Assembly: GCA_963804955.1 (NCBI GenBank)
Contig: CAWDSQ010000020.1
Span: 246,758 to 310,757, forward strand
Reading direction: 5' to 3'
Source of the DNA: an uncultured delta proteobacterium
GTDB lineage: Bacteria; Desulfobacterota; WTBG01; CAIYCZ01; CAIRTM01
DNA: 64,000 nt
In this document: one piece after another, positions 10,783-23,462 of the stretch
How positions within the stretch are numbered: the first letter of the stretch is position 1
How the letters are laid out: each line of letters opens with the position of its first letter
Notes under the pieces: model-generated
Databases searched by the model: none
Told to the model about the DNA's origin: nothing
Seen by the model: only the letters and a program-made list of their open reading frames with translations
Translations under genes and position numbers: made by a program

Positions 10783-12042
10783 TTAGTCTTCTTTTTTGAC
10801 CATTTTCAAATACTGACGATACAGTACATATCTGCCGTTTTCATTTTTCTTAGCAATGCCCATATCGCGCAGGGGCTTAAGATCTGCTTCAGAGAGCATA
10901 CTGCGGTCAAGCACGGCCTGGAACTCATCTACGGTAATAAGGCCGCGGGTAGCTAAAAACTCAAGGCCCTTGCCGTCAACCATGCCAAAGTTTACAAGTT
11001 TCTTGAGCTTGGCCATGGGTAAAATCCCGTGGTCGTACATATACTTAAAATCACTCGCCTTGAGCATCCGCTTGGCAGCCATATAGTCAAACAACCGCTC
11101 GAGATTAGCCTGGTCTTGCTTTCAGTTCTTCAATTTCGTGGCCAAGGTGGGCTGCTTCATATTTTACATAAAAAGTCTGCGGCTCTTTCCACTGGCCGCT
11201 CATAAGAATAAGCGCGAAAACAATATAAAAAATGCAGCCCAGTATCGTTTTTCTTTCAAGTGACTCCGTTTTCTTGGCTGCACGCAATATCATATAGGTT
11301 GCAATGAGTGATCCCATCAGCACCATGGTGCTCATGCCGGCCATTTTCTGCAGCGGGTCAGCAAAGGCAAGTACATCCCGGAAATTTATAAGTGTCGAAC
11401 CGGCAAGGCCAAGGATGATCAGGACACCCAGTATTGCCTTAATCGGCTTTCTGTACCTTAAACAGGTTCCAAGCATATGTCAGGCAAACTGCCAGGAGTG
11501 CAAGAATAGCAATTGCAAGCAAGCCGCCGATGTAGAGAAACTTGTCACTGGACATGCTTGAATAATTGTCCATGTAAAGCTCAAAGCTCCAGATGGACAG
11601 GAAGGTCATGAAAAAAACGCAGACGGATTTTTTCAGAGCGCCGGTTCGCCACATGATATGCAGCAAAGCCCAGCCGGAAAGAACATAAAAATAAGCCCCA
11701 AGGGCTTTAATGTTAAAATCGCTGAACTGGGTAATAGTGCCTTTATCAACAGGTATATTGGACACCTCGCCAATCAGCGGCCAGGCAAACATAGCTGCAA
11801 AAAAGCCGTACAGATAGCCTTTAGCCTCATTCTCTTCAATGCAGCAGCGGTAAAAAAGCGCAGCCAAGTATTAGCGCAAGTATCGGAACATAATACAGAT
11901 TATAGTTGACAACAGGATTTTCCCACATGCGAAGCGGCGACATGGTGAAGACCGAAATCAGGAATACCCCCTGACCTGCCAGAGCTATCCAAATGGTTCG
12001 CCACATCGGTTTGAAGAAGTTTTTGATTCTAGCTAGCATCAA
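10783..12042 (-). CDS. Uncharacterised polytopic membrane protein with soluble C-terminal domain (about 3 frameshifts; could be two genes)
   Basis: ORFs 11836-12042, 11439-11867, 11105-11476 and 10783-11094 overlap or abut (about 10 nt gap at 11094-11105) and read as one continuous protein; AAGGAG SD at the 5' end. Confidence 0.6.
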
Positions 12043-12202
12043 TCCTCTCCTTAAAGTTAGGGTTTCTAAAAGTAAAAAATTTTTTTTATTTTGCGCACGG
12101 ATAATTAGTTACATAAACGGTATAATGGAGATGCTTTAGTGTGTCAAGATTTTTCACGGTAAAGATAAAATAATTGACAGTACAGGCTGGGTAGTGATTT
12201 AT

Positions 12203-13321
12203 TTATTCAAACAGAAATGACCGGTCAAAATCCTTCCACACAGGCTCAAGATTTTTGCCTGCAAGCATGGCTGCAACTTCCGCAGGCGTTCGATTGTCGG
12301 CTATCTGAAACTGTTCGAGAGAGTCCTCCTCAAGGCTGTAGCCGCCGGGGTTGGTTTTTGAACCCGCGCTCATGCGCGTTATGCCGACATCGGCCATGCC
12401 GTCACGAAATGCCGCCCTCTCCCGGGTTGAAAGCACAAGATCGGCATCAGGCAGGACCATGCGCGAAGGGCAAACACGGTCTGGGCCAGTTCCCTGTCGG
12501 AAACCAGATAGGAAGGGATAAACGAACCGGCTGCAGCACGAATGCGCGGAAATGATATGGAAATCTGCGATTTCCAGAACTGTTTCATCAGATAGGCGGC
12601 ATGAAGGGCAACGCAGGTCATATCAACCCTGAAATCAGTAAGGCCCATGAGGGCGCCAATCCCAAGATCACGCAAGCCTGCCTGCCCTGCCCGCTCAATG
12701 GCGGCAAGGCGATAGTCATAATCAGCCTTTGGGCCTGCATGCAGGGTTTTATAGATTGCGCGATCATAGGTTTCCTGATAAATGGCAATGCCGGTAACAC
12801 CGGCCGCGGCCAGGGCACGGTATGACTCACTGTCCATGGGATAGATTTCAATTGAAATACCGGCAAACAGCTGCGTCAGCTCACGCACAATATCCGTCAA
12901 GATAGTCAAGAGTCACTTTGTTCTGTGCTTCTCCGGACACCAGCAGCAGATGCCGGAACCCCAGCCGGTGAATAGCCTCCGCCTCCCGAAGGACTTCGTC
13001 TCTTGAGAGGGTCACGCGGGCAAGCTTGTTGTGAACATTAAATCCGCAATAGAGGCAGGCATTGACGCATTCATTGGATACATACAGCGGGGCATAAAGC
13101 TTCATTACCCGAGCCAAAACGAAGGCGGGTGATTTTTCGGGACAGAGCTGCCATGCGCTCAAGACTGCGAAGCCGCAGCCGGGGATATCAAGCACGGGAA
13201 AATCATCAACGGTCAGATTGCTTTTAGCAAGAACCCGCTGTACATCCCTGCTCGGTAACGGCATAGATCCGGTGTTTCAACTGCTCAAGATCAAGCGCGG
13301 CAAGGTTTCTAGAAATGACAT
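12203..13321 (-). CDS. thiH: 2-iminoacetate synthase ThiH, radical SAM (several frameshifts)
   Basis: LYAPLYVSNECVNACLYCGF, YQETY, SISFPR, STRE, SAGSKTNPGGY, EQFQIAD, PVWKDFD. Confidence 0.9.
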
Positions 13322-13324
13322 ACT

Positions 13325-14089
13325 TTATTCCAGAAAACCGGTTAAGCGGGCTTGAGGCAGATGCCGCTCCTGCTGGTCTATCGGGCCGGCATCAAGTGCT
13401 GCAATTGCGCTCTCCACAGCAAGCCTGAATGCATGGGACATTTTGACCGGATCCTGCGCAACGGCAATCGCGGTATTAACGAGCACTGCATCGGCGCCCA
13501 TTTCAATAGCCTGTGCGGCATGCGAGGGAAGGCCGAGTCCCGCATCGACAACCACCGGCACCGTGGCCTGCTCAATAATAATTTTTATAAACTCTTCAGT
13601 TTTAATTCCCCGGGCTGAGCCGATAGGCGATCCCAGGGGCATAACCGCTGCGCAGCCGACTTCTTCAAGCCGCTTAGCCAGTGTCGGATCGGCATGCATA
13701 TAGGGTAGAACGATAAAGCCTTCTTTTACCAGAATCTCAGCAGCTTTCAGCGTATCGACCGGGTCCGGCAGCAGATACACCGGGTCCGGCGTTACCTCGA
13801 GCTTTATCCAGGTAAGGCCTGATGCTGCCCGCGAAAGGCGGGCAAGCCGCACAGCCTCATCGGCGTTTTTGGCGCCTGATGTATTGGGAACAACCAAATA
13901 TTTGCTGAAATCGATTGCCGAAAGCGTGGGATCAGGCTCTGAAAAATTCACACGGCGGAGCGCCACGGTAACAAGTTCGCAACCTGAAGCATCAAGAGAT
14001 TCTGCCAGAACCCGTGGCGACGGGTACTTGCCCGTTCCAACAAAAAGTCTCGACTTCAGCTGTCGACCGGCAATAATAAGCGGCTTCAC
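13325..14089 (-). CDS. thiG: Thiazole synthase
   Basis: [47 protein letters not shown] start after GGAGG. Confidence 0.95.
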   Translation of the reverse strand: MKPLIIAGRQLKSRLFVGTGKYPSPRVLAESLDASGCELVTVALRRVNFSEPDPTLSAIDFSKYLVVPNTSGAKNADEAVRLARLSRAASGLTWIKLEVTPDPVYLLPDPVDTLKAAEILVKEGFIVLPYMHADPTLAKRLEEVGCAAVMPLGSPIGSARGIKTEEFIKIIIEQATVPVVVDAGLGLPSHAAQAIEMGADAVLVNTAIAVAQDPVKMSHAFRLAVESAIAALDAGPIDQQERHLPQARLTGFLE

Positions 14090-14090
14090 T

Positions 14091-14295
14091 TCAACCACCT
14101 CCAACAAAAGATACTATTTCAATTTTATCCCCATCGCACACCGGGGTCTTATCAAACAATCCAGGGTCAACGACATCATCATTGAGTTCAACAGCGGCGC
14201 GCACCCAGGGAACATTGAAATAATCAAGCACCTGACCGATATTGTTCAAGTGGCTGAGCAAGAATGTGCTCCTGTCCGTTAACCTGAATTTTCAT
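14091..14295 (-). CDS. thiS: Sulfur carrier protein ThiS (one frameshift)
   Basis: Manual translation MKIQVNG...AVELND...[14 protein letters not shown] stop. Confidence 0.88.
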
Positions 14296-15098
14296 ATTTC
14301 TTCTCCCGCAAGAAGCCGTATTATTACATGAGACTGCATGGAGGCGGCAATCCCGACTCGGGATGCAAAAAGGCCATTGCCGTCGGCCATGTCGCTGACC
14401 AAATCACCGACAAGATACACTCTGCTGAAAATTTTACGCACTGAGATACTAGCACCATCTCCAATGCCGGCAAGACCCGATGCAGCTACAATTTTTGCCT
14501 GCGGCACATGTTTAAGAAAGCCTGATACTATGGACGCTTTTTCCGAAGCGCTGTCAAGACATTCCGCCACAATGGCGCAACCGCGAAAAAGATCGCCGGC
14601 ATTATCAAATGTTATGCGCTCCTGGTGTGCGACAACGGTTACAAAAGGGTTGAAGCTTCGAATGTTATCGGCAAGCGCCTGCACCTTAGGCAGGCCGAGC
14701 TGCGCCAGACAATACCTCTGACGATTAAGATTTGAAGGTTCAACAACATCAAAATCAGCAATAACCAGCTTTCCGACACCGCTGCGGGCAAGGTTTTCGG
14801 CAACCACGCTGCCAAGGCCGCCTGCGCCCGCTATGCCCACACAGGCTGCCTTCAGCCGGCTGGTAATAGCTTCGGGCTGCCGTGCAAGAATGAGCGCTTC
14901 AAGCTCGTGCTGTTCAGACAGATTGCCTTTTTTAAAAAAGGACACGTGATCGCCTTCGCAGATCGCCGTCGACATGTCGGAAACCGGCATACTATTGACA
15001 ATCACGACATCGGCTGATGGGCAATACTGCTGCAGCACATGACCGACAAGCGGACTGCCGGCGATATCACACTGACTGCCGTTTATATATACTTTCAC
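14292..15098 (-). CDS. thiF: ThiS adenylyltransferase ThiF with N-terminal ThiS-like domain
   Basis: VKVYING...EGDHV ubiquitin-like N-terminus, GIAGAGGLGS, DFDVVEPSNLNRQ. Confidence 0.88.
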   Translation of the reverse strand: MKVYINGSQCDIAGSPLVGHVLQQYCPSADVVIVNSMPVSDMSTAICEGDHVSFFKKGNLSEQHELEALILARQPEAITSRLKAACVGIAGAGGLGSVVAENLARSGVGKLVIADFDVVEPSNLNRQRYCLAQLGLPKVQALADNIRSFNPFVTVVAHQERITFDNAGDLFRGCAIVAECLDSASEKASIVSGFLKHVPQAKIVAASGLAGIGDGASISVRKIFSRVYLVGDLVSDMADGNGLFASRVGIAASMQSHVIIRLLAGEEI

Positions 15099-15105
15099 AG
15101 CTGCA

Positions 15106-15666
15106 TTACCCGCCGCTGCCATTGAAAAAAAATGTGATTCCGGCAGCGGAAAAATCGCATCTGAAATCCTCTGCAAGCGTCTTTATGCGCTCAGCTGTCA
15201 TGCCTCCCAAAAGAACTATTCTCTCTCCATGCAGGGCAATAAGCTTGCGCAGATCAGCATGCGGGAAGAGCGGCCTTTCATCATGCTTGGACAGGGGCTC
15301 ATAAACGGGCGAAACATAGACATAATCCGCCCCTGCATTCAAGGCAAACCGCGCTTCAACCTTGCTATGTGTTGAAACCGTTATCGACTCGGTTGCTGTG
15401 GAGCCAGCCGCTGATCAAGAAGGTTTAATTCATTGCTTTTAAAATGCACGCCGCAGTTGCCCGGCTTGTCACGCTTGTAGACTGTATAGGGAACGATAGG
15501 AACGATGCCGGCAAACGACTGCAGCATCAATCAGCAGACGGATATCCCGGCTTGAACCTGACAGGCGAAGATAGAGATGTGTGGCACCTCGATTCTGAAT
15601 TTCGGGCAATCGTGCAACCAACTGATCTTTACTGATATTGTCCGGAGTAATTGCGAAATGCTTCAT
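15106..15666 (-). CDS. thiE: Thiamine-phosphate synthase / TenI-like TIM barrel (frameshifted)
   Basis: FAIT, GVHF, STHS, GADYVYVSPVY..SK, LGGMT; position in the thi cluster. Confidence 0.65.
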
Positions 15667-15861
15667 CTAGTCTTATCCCTGAAAAAAACAGGGCAATGAG
15701 AGGCGATATTGTGTGCGGCCGCATACAATAAAAAAAAACGGTGTCCAGGTCAACTGAAATGGTGGTATGGGCGATAGTCTCACCATGCGGCTGATGTTCG
15801 TTCTGCCATGCCCTGCGGTACAGCTGGAGATGCGGCAGGAAAAAGCCCGGATCCGGTGCGG

Positions 15862-16243
15862 TCAAGCAGCTCCGCCGCCTTTAATAAGCGCCAATTTTCT
15901 GCGCACAGGTCTGCCGGAACCTTCATTAACCGCATTCTTTTCACGGGTCGGGGCGCCGGCCAAAACATCAACGGCAACAACAAAATGCTCAGCACCGTTT
16001 ATGGTAAATATATCACCGCTCATCTGAGGTATGCGCAATATCCAGGTTATTTCAACGGGGGGCAGAATTAAGAAGTTTAAACTTAAGTTGATACCAGTTT
16101 TTTTTGTCATCAGGCTCAATACTCTCAACCAAACCGTAAAAAACTCCTGATGGCATCCCCACAAGAATAAGATCGCCAGGGGCTGTTGTCGGCTTAACAT
16201 GCATGTAGCCCCGCAAGGTCTGCAGTGCTTTGGGTATATCCAT
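15862..16243 (-). CDS. Hypothetical protein (one frameshift)
   Basis: ORFs 16052-16243 and 15862-16200 join into a ~125 aa protein; GAAGG SD. Confidence 0.55.
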
Positions 16244-16506
16244 GGACCACCTTCGTGTGAATTTCCGGTTCCTACTCTACTCGTTCCGTTCTAAAAAATC
16301 AACTATGGATGTCCTGTGCGTAAAATTATTTTACGAATAACTATTTCAACGTCAACCATCTGATGATAGTGCGCTCGAATTATGTACTAATCAATATCCA
16401 ATCTAAAAAAAATATCAAGCCAATTTTTCTTTAATCTTTACTTTTTCTTTTACACTACTATCATGAAAATACTTTTTCATGCTAAACTTAAAGAAAGGTG
16501 CGCGCA

Positions 16507-17131
16507 TGCTTATGCTGATAAAAGTTCCCCGGGGGAGCATTGAGGAGGAAATGGATGCGGTAGGCCGTGACCTTGAAACACAGCACTCTCCGGCCTATGT
16601 TCCGCATCTTTTTTTAAAGCTCGGTTTGGAGACCATCAGGATTGCAGAAAAAACCTTCAACCTTGACTGCGGCCCGACAATTGGAAGTGATGCGGCCATC
16701 CATTGCACGCAGCAGGCAGCGGATGATGAACGTTTCATAGCCGGATTAGCAGGATATGCTTGAAGCGGTTTACACCACTGTGTCCGCCTGCGCCCGTCAG
16801 CATGAAGGAATTGTTTCTCAGGAATCATTGAGCTCATTGCTGCCGGATAGAGCAGCTTTTCTTCAGCGGGAGCTTGCAGATATTGATCTGGCCTTGTTGA
16901 TAAAAAACTTTTTCACAAGCACCGTTCGCCACAGCGGAAATTACATCTGCCGCACTTAAATTGTTCATAATCAAAAACAGCAGGGAGCCGGAGTTGGAAA
17001 AGTTCTGCGCCTGGGTCGTGCAGCATGAAAAAATCCCCAATTTTCGCGTCTATGAAGTAATTGCAGAATATCTGCAAACATACCGGACGGGCATTGCTCA
17101 GCTTAAAAAAACCCGTGGACGGATACAATAA
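16507..17131 (+). CDS. Hypothetical protein (about two frameshifts)
   Basis: ORFs 16479-16763 and 16756-16959 plus a third frame ...KLFIIKNSREPELEKFCAW...RGRIQ stop form one continuous coding stretch. Confidence 0.45.
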
Positions 17132-17218
17132 AACAGTGGCTGCTGTATAAGCTGAAAAGCAAGTTTCAATTGTGATTTCACTATAAAAAGACTGAAACCA
17201 TTACATGAGGAGAACAGC

Positions 17219-18596
17219 ATGAAAAATATTTTTTTTATATTTTGCTCAATCTGCGCTTTTGTCTGGACATTTCCCTTCGGCAATTTCGCTGCCGCTTCAA
17301 TTCTCATAGATCATACATCCACGGATCTGTCCAAAATTCCCGACCAGTAGATTACACAGGCAAAATCAAACCTTCATATCGCCTATCAGCACACCTCCCA
17401 CGGCAGCCAGCTCATTACCGGCATGAATGCACTGCAAAGCTATCCGGACTATCGGAACAAAATACAGCTGGACCGATGAGGGCACGGCAGGCACGCTTGA
17501 TCTTGATGATTACGGCATTCCGCGGCTGCGATGATTTAGCACGGGAGACACTATCGACGTGTGGGGTAACCCCCTGGGTAACCGCAACTCGCACGCTGCT
17601 CAACAACCCGGCAAACAGCCATATCAATGTCATCGTCTGGTCATGGTGCAGCATCAACGGTCATGATGCCCAGCGCTATGTCGATAATATGGAAATTCTT
17701 ATCGCTCAGTATCCGGCTAAAAAATTTGTTTTCATGACCGGCCATGCCGAAGGCCAGGGTTTAGATACATTACTCCCAATTCCGTCCACTACAATAATCA
17801 GCTTATTCGAAATCACTGTGCAACCCATGACCGGATACTGTTTGATTTTGCCGATATCGAAGCCTACAACCCCGACGGCACGTACTTCTGGGATAAAGAC
17901 ATGTATGATAATCTTAATTACACCGGCGGCAACTGGGCTGTTGAGTGGATTGCGGCAAACCCGACTCATGAACTGACAAAACTCACGACCGGCACAACAG
18001 GCTACAGCGGCTGCACGGGCTGCGCCCACTCAGACAGCCCGACACAGGCAAATCTCAACTGCGTTCTGAAAGGCCGGGCTGCCTGGTGGCTGTGGGCGCG
18101 CTTGCGGGCTGGAGCGGCCCGGACGGAGACTTCCACCACGACACTCCACGGTACCACAACTACAATAACGGGTGGCTCAACAACAACTACAACTGTCAGA
18201 AGATTCCCCTGCCCGGCTGCACAAATACTGGGAGATGACCGTCAGTCACTTTCCGCCCTGCGGGAGTTCAGAGACACTCGACTTGCCCCCACAATCAACG
18301 GCCGCCTGTTTATCATTCTCTATTATATGCATGCACACGAACTGACATCGCTGCTTGAAAATAACGATACTTTGCGTGATGAAGCACGGGAATTACTTGC
18401 CGATATCCTGCAGCGCCTGTCAGCATGCCGCTACGGAACATGCTCAGCAGCTCTTTCTGAAGATACATTAAATCGCATCGATAGCCTGATTGATGAAATT
18501 GAGCCTCTAGCTTCACTGCGCCTGCGCATGAGCATGGCTTTTGTGCAGCACAAGATTCACTCAGGCGAGTTGCTGCGAAGTTTAAGTGCAGAATAA
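17219..18596 (+). CDS. Secreted protein with HTSHGSQL domain, Thr-rich linker and CFI-box-CTERM-like tail (multiple frameshifts, one in-frame TAG)
   Basis: GAGGAG SD, signal peptide, HIAYQHTSHGSQL, WSWC, FMTGH, LFDFADIE, TTTT linker, C..LREFRD..L...GR.FI.LYY. Confidence 0.65.
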
Positions 18597-18600
18597 AACA

Positions 18601-18630
18601 AAGGGCGGATGCACCGCATCCGTCCCTTTA
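18601..18630 (+). terminator. Terminator hairpin
   Basis: AAGGGCGGATGC/GCATCCGTCCCTTT directly after the stop. Confidence 0.55.
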
Positions 18631-18865
18631 AAATTGCAGTATAGAGGATATAATTCACTTAGTTTTTCCAGCATTTCTATTTCAAATTGCCACTTCCATT
18701 GACGTTCCTTGCGGTCCAGTATCTCTTGATACACCATGGGAGTGATTTCTCGTGGGAATCGAGTCAGGATAGTGCATCCGCAAGTAGGACTCTTTGAAAG
18801 TACGAATGCTGCATCTGATCAGACTCAAGGATTTTAGCAAGATTATTCGTATAACGATCCAGTGA

Positions 18866-20065
18866 CTATTGCAGAACACAGTTCAACTCAAATAAATACA
18901 TAGACTTAAAGCCTTTAGCTATCAGTTCCCGGAACCTGCCGAACAAATACGACGAATCATGCGGGCCCGGCGCGGCTTCGGGATGATACTGAATAGAAAA
19001 CATGGGCTCAGTTTTGTGCTCTATGCCTTCTGTAGTCTGATCGTTCAGGTTGATATGCGTCACCTCTATTTTTGAGCGATCCAGAGAATTGATATCAACG
19101 GCAAAATTGTGATTCTGCGAGGTTATTTCAACTTTGCCGGTTTTCAAATCCTTCACCGGCTGATTGCAGCCGTGATGGCCGAATTTCAGACGGTATGTTT
19201 TCCCGCCCAATGCAATTCCCATTATCTGATGACCAAGGCAAATACCCATGACAGGAATTTTGCCTATCATAGTTTTCATAGTATCAATAGCATAGGTAAC
19301 AGCAGCAGGATCAGCCGGGCCATTTGAATAGAATACGCCATCGGGCTTCATGGCGAGCACCTTGTCTGCAGGAGTTTGCGCCGGCACAACGGTAACATTC
19401 ATGCCCGCAAGGCGCATGCGCCGCAGTATATTCCACTTAATGCCAAAGTCATAGGCCACGATCTTTAAATCAGCAGGCGGCAACTCTGCAGCTATCCCCC
19501 AGGTATCGGTCAGTTTGCCATCAGGGTCCCATTCATAGGGCGCTGCACAGGAGACACGGCATGCATAATCCTGCCCGTCTAGGCCTATCCACTCTTTGGC
19601 CTTTTTTATCGCCTCCTCCACACCAACCTTCTGTTCAACGGAAATATAGCCCCGCAGCGTTCCTGCATCGCGCAGCTTGCTGGTAAGCGCCCGTGTGTCG
19701 ATGCCGGCAATAGCAGGAATACTGTTCCTTATGAGGAAATCACGCAAAGACTGTTCACTGCGCCAGCTGCTGGGCTCATTCATATGGTGTACAATGAAGC
19801 CGTTGGCGAAGCAGGTGCGGGATTCCATGTCCTGCATGGACACTCCGTAGTTGCCCATCTCGGTATAGGTCATGGTGACGATCTGGCCGCTGTAGGATGG
19901 GTCGGAGAGTATTTCCTGGTAGCCCGTCATGCCCGTGTTGAAAACAACTTCGCCCAAAGAGTCTTTCAAAGCTCCGACCGAGTGGCCCCGATAGACTGTG
20001 CCGTCGGCAAGGGCCAAAAACGCCCTCTTCTCCCGCTTTTCTTTCCAGTTGTATTTTGTATCCAT
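18866..20065 (-). CDS. carA: Carbamoyl-phosphate synthase small subunit
   Basis: [47 protein letters not shown]. Confidence 0.97.
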   Translation of the reverse strand: MDTKYNWKEKREKRAFLALADGTVYRGHSVGALKDSLGEVVFNTGMTGYQEILSDPSYSGQIVTMTYTEMGNYGVSMQDMESRTCFANGFIVHHMNEPSSWRSEQSLRDFLIRNSIPAIAGIDTRALTSKLRDAGTLRGYISVEQKVGVEEAIKKAKEWIGLDGQDYACRVSCAAPYEWDPDGKLTDTWGIAAELPPADLKIVAYDFGIKWNILRRMRLAGMNVTVVPAQTPADKVLAMKPDGVFYSNGPADPAAVTYAIDTMKTMIGKIPVMGICLGHQIMGIALGGKTYRLKFGHHGCNQPVKDLKTGKVEITSQNHNFAVDINSLDRSKIEVTHINLNDQTTEGIEHKTEPMFSIQYHPEAAPGPHDSSYLFGRFRELIAKGFKSMYLFELNCVLQ

Positions 20066-20182
20066 GATAGTATTCAATTAAATATTTTGATTTTTTAGTG
20101 TTGATGCAGCGCAGCGAAACTCACCGTGCGCGGATGGGTTCACCATTTTAATTCATGTCTTAGCCCACACAGTATTTCTTTT

Positions 20183-23100
20183 CTACCTCTCCCGCTTCAC
20201 GATCTTAATCTTCGGCGCGTGGCGGTGATATTCCTGAAGGCTGCACACCTCCATCTGGCTGAAAGTGCTGAGGCTCTCAAGGCCCTGAATGGCGGCGCGC
20301 AGGCCGTCGAGCGTTGTCGTAATCGGTATGCCGCGCAGCACGGCATGGGCCCTGTATCTTTACTTCGTCAAACTTGGGGCTGGCGCCGGTTGAGGGCGTA
20401 TTTATGATCCAGCTGACATTCTTTTCTTCAACCAGATCGATAACATTGGGTCTGCCATCGGACACGCGGAACATGGCATTACTGTTGACGCCATTATCGC
20501 GCAGCACGGTGCTGGTCCCCTGCGTGGCATAGATGCTGAATCCGAGCTGCTGAAGCTGTTTGACAAGCGGCACAATCGACTGCTTGTCGGAATCGCGGAC
20601 GCTGACAAAAACATTTCCCGTACCAGGCAGAGCATTGCCGGCTGCAATCTGGCTTTTAAGAAATGCCATGCCGTGGGATGAATCAATGCCCATAACCTCG
20701 CCGGTTGATTTCATCTCGGGCGAGAGCAGCACGTCGATACCCGGAAATTTCACAAACGGGAAGACTGCTTCTTTAACCGAATAATACCTGGGCACAACTT
20801 CTTTGGTGAATCCCATGTCTTTGAGCGTATTGCCGACCATGACAAGGGCTGCAAGCTTTGCCAGAGGTACGCCGATGGTTTTGCTCACAAAGGGCACGGT
20901 GCGCGATGCCCGGGGATTTACTTCAAGCACATACACAACGTCGTCTTTCACTGCATACTGCACGTTCATAAGGCCCATTACATTGAGCTCTTTTGCCATC
21001 TTGAAAGTATAGTCGCGAATAGTATTTTTTGTTTGTTCAGTAAGATGCGGCGCAGGGATGATGCAGGCGCTGTCGCCGGAGTGAACACCGGCAAGTTCCA
21101 CATGCTCCATGATAGCGCCAAGCAACGATGTTTCGCCGTCTGAAATGCAGTCGACATCGACCTCAACGGCGTTTTCAAGATAATCATCAATGAGCACAGG
21201 CCGCTTATCCGACACCTGCACAGCCTCGGCCATATACTGCCGCAGGCCATCCATATCATACACAATCACCATGGCTCTGCCGCCAAGAACAAAAGAGGGG
21301 CGCAGCAGCACAGGAAAACCAATACGCTCTGCTATTGTTTCAGCCTCGGCAAGGCTTCGTGCAATTCCGTTAACAGGCTGTTTGATATTTAAGCGTGTGG
21401 CAAGCTTCTGGAAAAAGTCACGGTCTTCTGCCGCCTCGATGCTGGCGGGTTTGGTGCCGATGATATTGACGCCGTTTTTCTCAAGATCCTTTGCAAGGTT
21501 GAGCGGTGTCTGGCCGCCGAACTGCACGATAGCGCCCCAGCATTGCTCACGCTGATAAATATGGAGTATGTCTTCAAGCGTAAGCGGCTCAAAATACAGC
21601 TTATCGCTGGTATCATAATCGGTAGAAACGGTTTCCGGGTTGCAGTTGACCATGATGGTCTCAAAGCCCGCATCGCGCAGGGCAAATGAGGCATGGACGC
21701 AGCAATAGTCAAATTCAATGCCCTGACCGATACGGTTGGGCCCGCTGCCAAGGATCATTACTTTTCTGCGATCAGAGGGCATGCTTTCGTCAAGTCCGCC
21801 ATAGGTCGAGTAGAAATAAGGCGTATAGGCCTTAAACTCAGCTGCGCAGGTATCAACAATTCCATATACCGGCAGCAGGCGCATTTCATAACGCGCCGCG
21901 CGTACAGCATCTTCAGTAGTCTCTAAAAGAAAGGCTATCTGCCGGTCGGAATAACCCATTTCCTTGATCTGCTCAAACAGGGGCCTGTCCTTTTTTAATT
22001 TCTCAAGATTCCCTGCCGACTGTATCTCCTGCTCAAAACACACCAGCTCCTCGATTTGCCGCAGAAACCACGGGTCGATGCCGGTACGGCGATGTACGGT
22101 TTCAATATTCCAGCCGCGTTTAAATGCTGCCCGGATATAGAACAGGCGGTTTGCCGTGGGCCGCACAAGGGCATCATTCAGTGCGTCGTGCGGCAGTGAC
22201 TCGAAGTGCCCGTCTTTACCATCAGCGCCGAAGCCTGACCTGCCAAGCTCAAGTGAACGAAGGGCCTTCTGAAATGACTGCTTGAAGGTCTTGCCGATGC
22301 CCATGGCCTCGCCTACGGATTTCATCTGCGTGCCGAGAGTATCATCTGCAGCGGCGAATTTCTCAAATGCAAAACGAGGTATCTTGGTTACCACATAGTC
22401 GATAGTCGGTTCGAAGCAGGCCGGTGTTTCGCGCGTGATGTCATTGAGTATTTCATCAAGCGTGTAGCCGATGGCGAGCTTTGCAGCTATCTTTGCAATG
22501 GGAAAGCCAGTGGCTTTTGAGGCGAGTGCAGAAGAGCGCGACACGCGCGGGTTCATCTCGATGATGATCAAGCGGCCATTTTGGGGATTCACGGCCCACT
22601 GGACATTTGAACCGCCGGTCTCGACGCCGATCTCCCGGAGCACGTCAAGAGACTTGTCGCGCATGATCTGATACTCGCGGTCGGTAAGGGTCTGGGCCGG
22701 CGCAACGGTTATGCTGTCGCCGGTATGAATGCCCATGGGATCCAAATTTTCAATCGAGCAGACGATGACGGCATTGTCGTTTTTGTCGCGCATCACCTCA
22801 AGCTCGTACTCTTTCCAGCCAAGCACCGACTCTTCTATCAGTATCTCGGAGGTTGGGCTGTAGAAAAGACCACGAGCTGCAATCTCTTCAAACTCAGCAT
22901 CATTATAGGCTATGCCCCCGCCCGTGCCTCCCATGGTAAAGCCAGGCCGAATGATGAGCGGATAGGAGCCGATCTCTTCGCGTACTTTTCGGGCCTCTTC
23001 AATAGTATGGGCTGAATCGCTTCGTGGAACATCAAGCCCGATCTTGAGCATGGCATTTTTGAATAGATTACGATCTTCGGCCTTTTCGATTGATTCGGCC

Positions 23101-23456
23101 TTTGCGCCGATCATTTCAACATTGTAGCGCTGCAGAATTTTTTTTCTGTGCAGCTCAAGGGCAAGATTTAAGGCCGTCTGTCCGCCAAGGGTCGGCAGCA
23201 GCGCATCAGGCCGCTCTCTTCGGATAATTTCTACCAGAATGTCGACATGCAGTGGTTCGATATAGGTACGGTCGGCAAATTCGGGATCGGTCATGATGGT
23301 GGCGGGATTGGAGTTTACCAGCACCACCTCAAAGCCTTCCTCTTTCAGTGCCTTGCAGGCCTGAACGCCCGAATAGTCGAATTCGCAGGCTTGACCGATG
23401 ACAATCGGGCCGGAGCCGATAAGCATAATCTTCTTTATGTCTGTTCTTTTGGGCAT
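20183..23456 (-). CDS. carB: Carbamoyl-phosphate synthase large subunit (frameshift near 20350; true end inferred at TAG 20183)
   Basis: [24 protein letters not shown], two ATP-grasp halves, MGS domain continuing as ...[10 protein letters not shown]...SLQEYH in the shifted frame. Confidence 0.97.
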
Positions 23457-23462
23457 AATAAA

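Noticed and set aside
15629..16480. TPP riboswitch expected upstream of the thi genes; 78 aa ORF 15629-15865
   Set aside because: No CTGAGA / ACCTGA..GATAATG..GCG.AGG core found; the ORF overlaps thiE and lacks support
17340..17352. In-frame TAG as possible pyrrolysine or recoded stop
   Set aside because: Single instance in an error-dense gene at a Trp-like position; TAG terminates several other genes here
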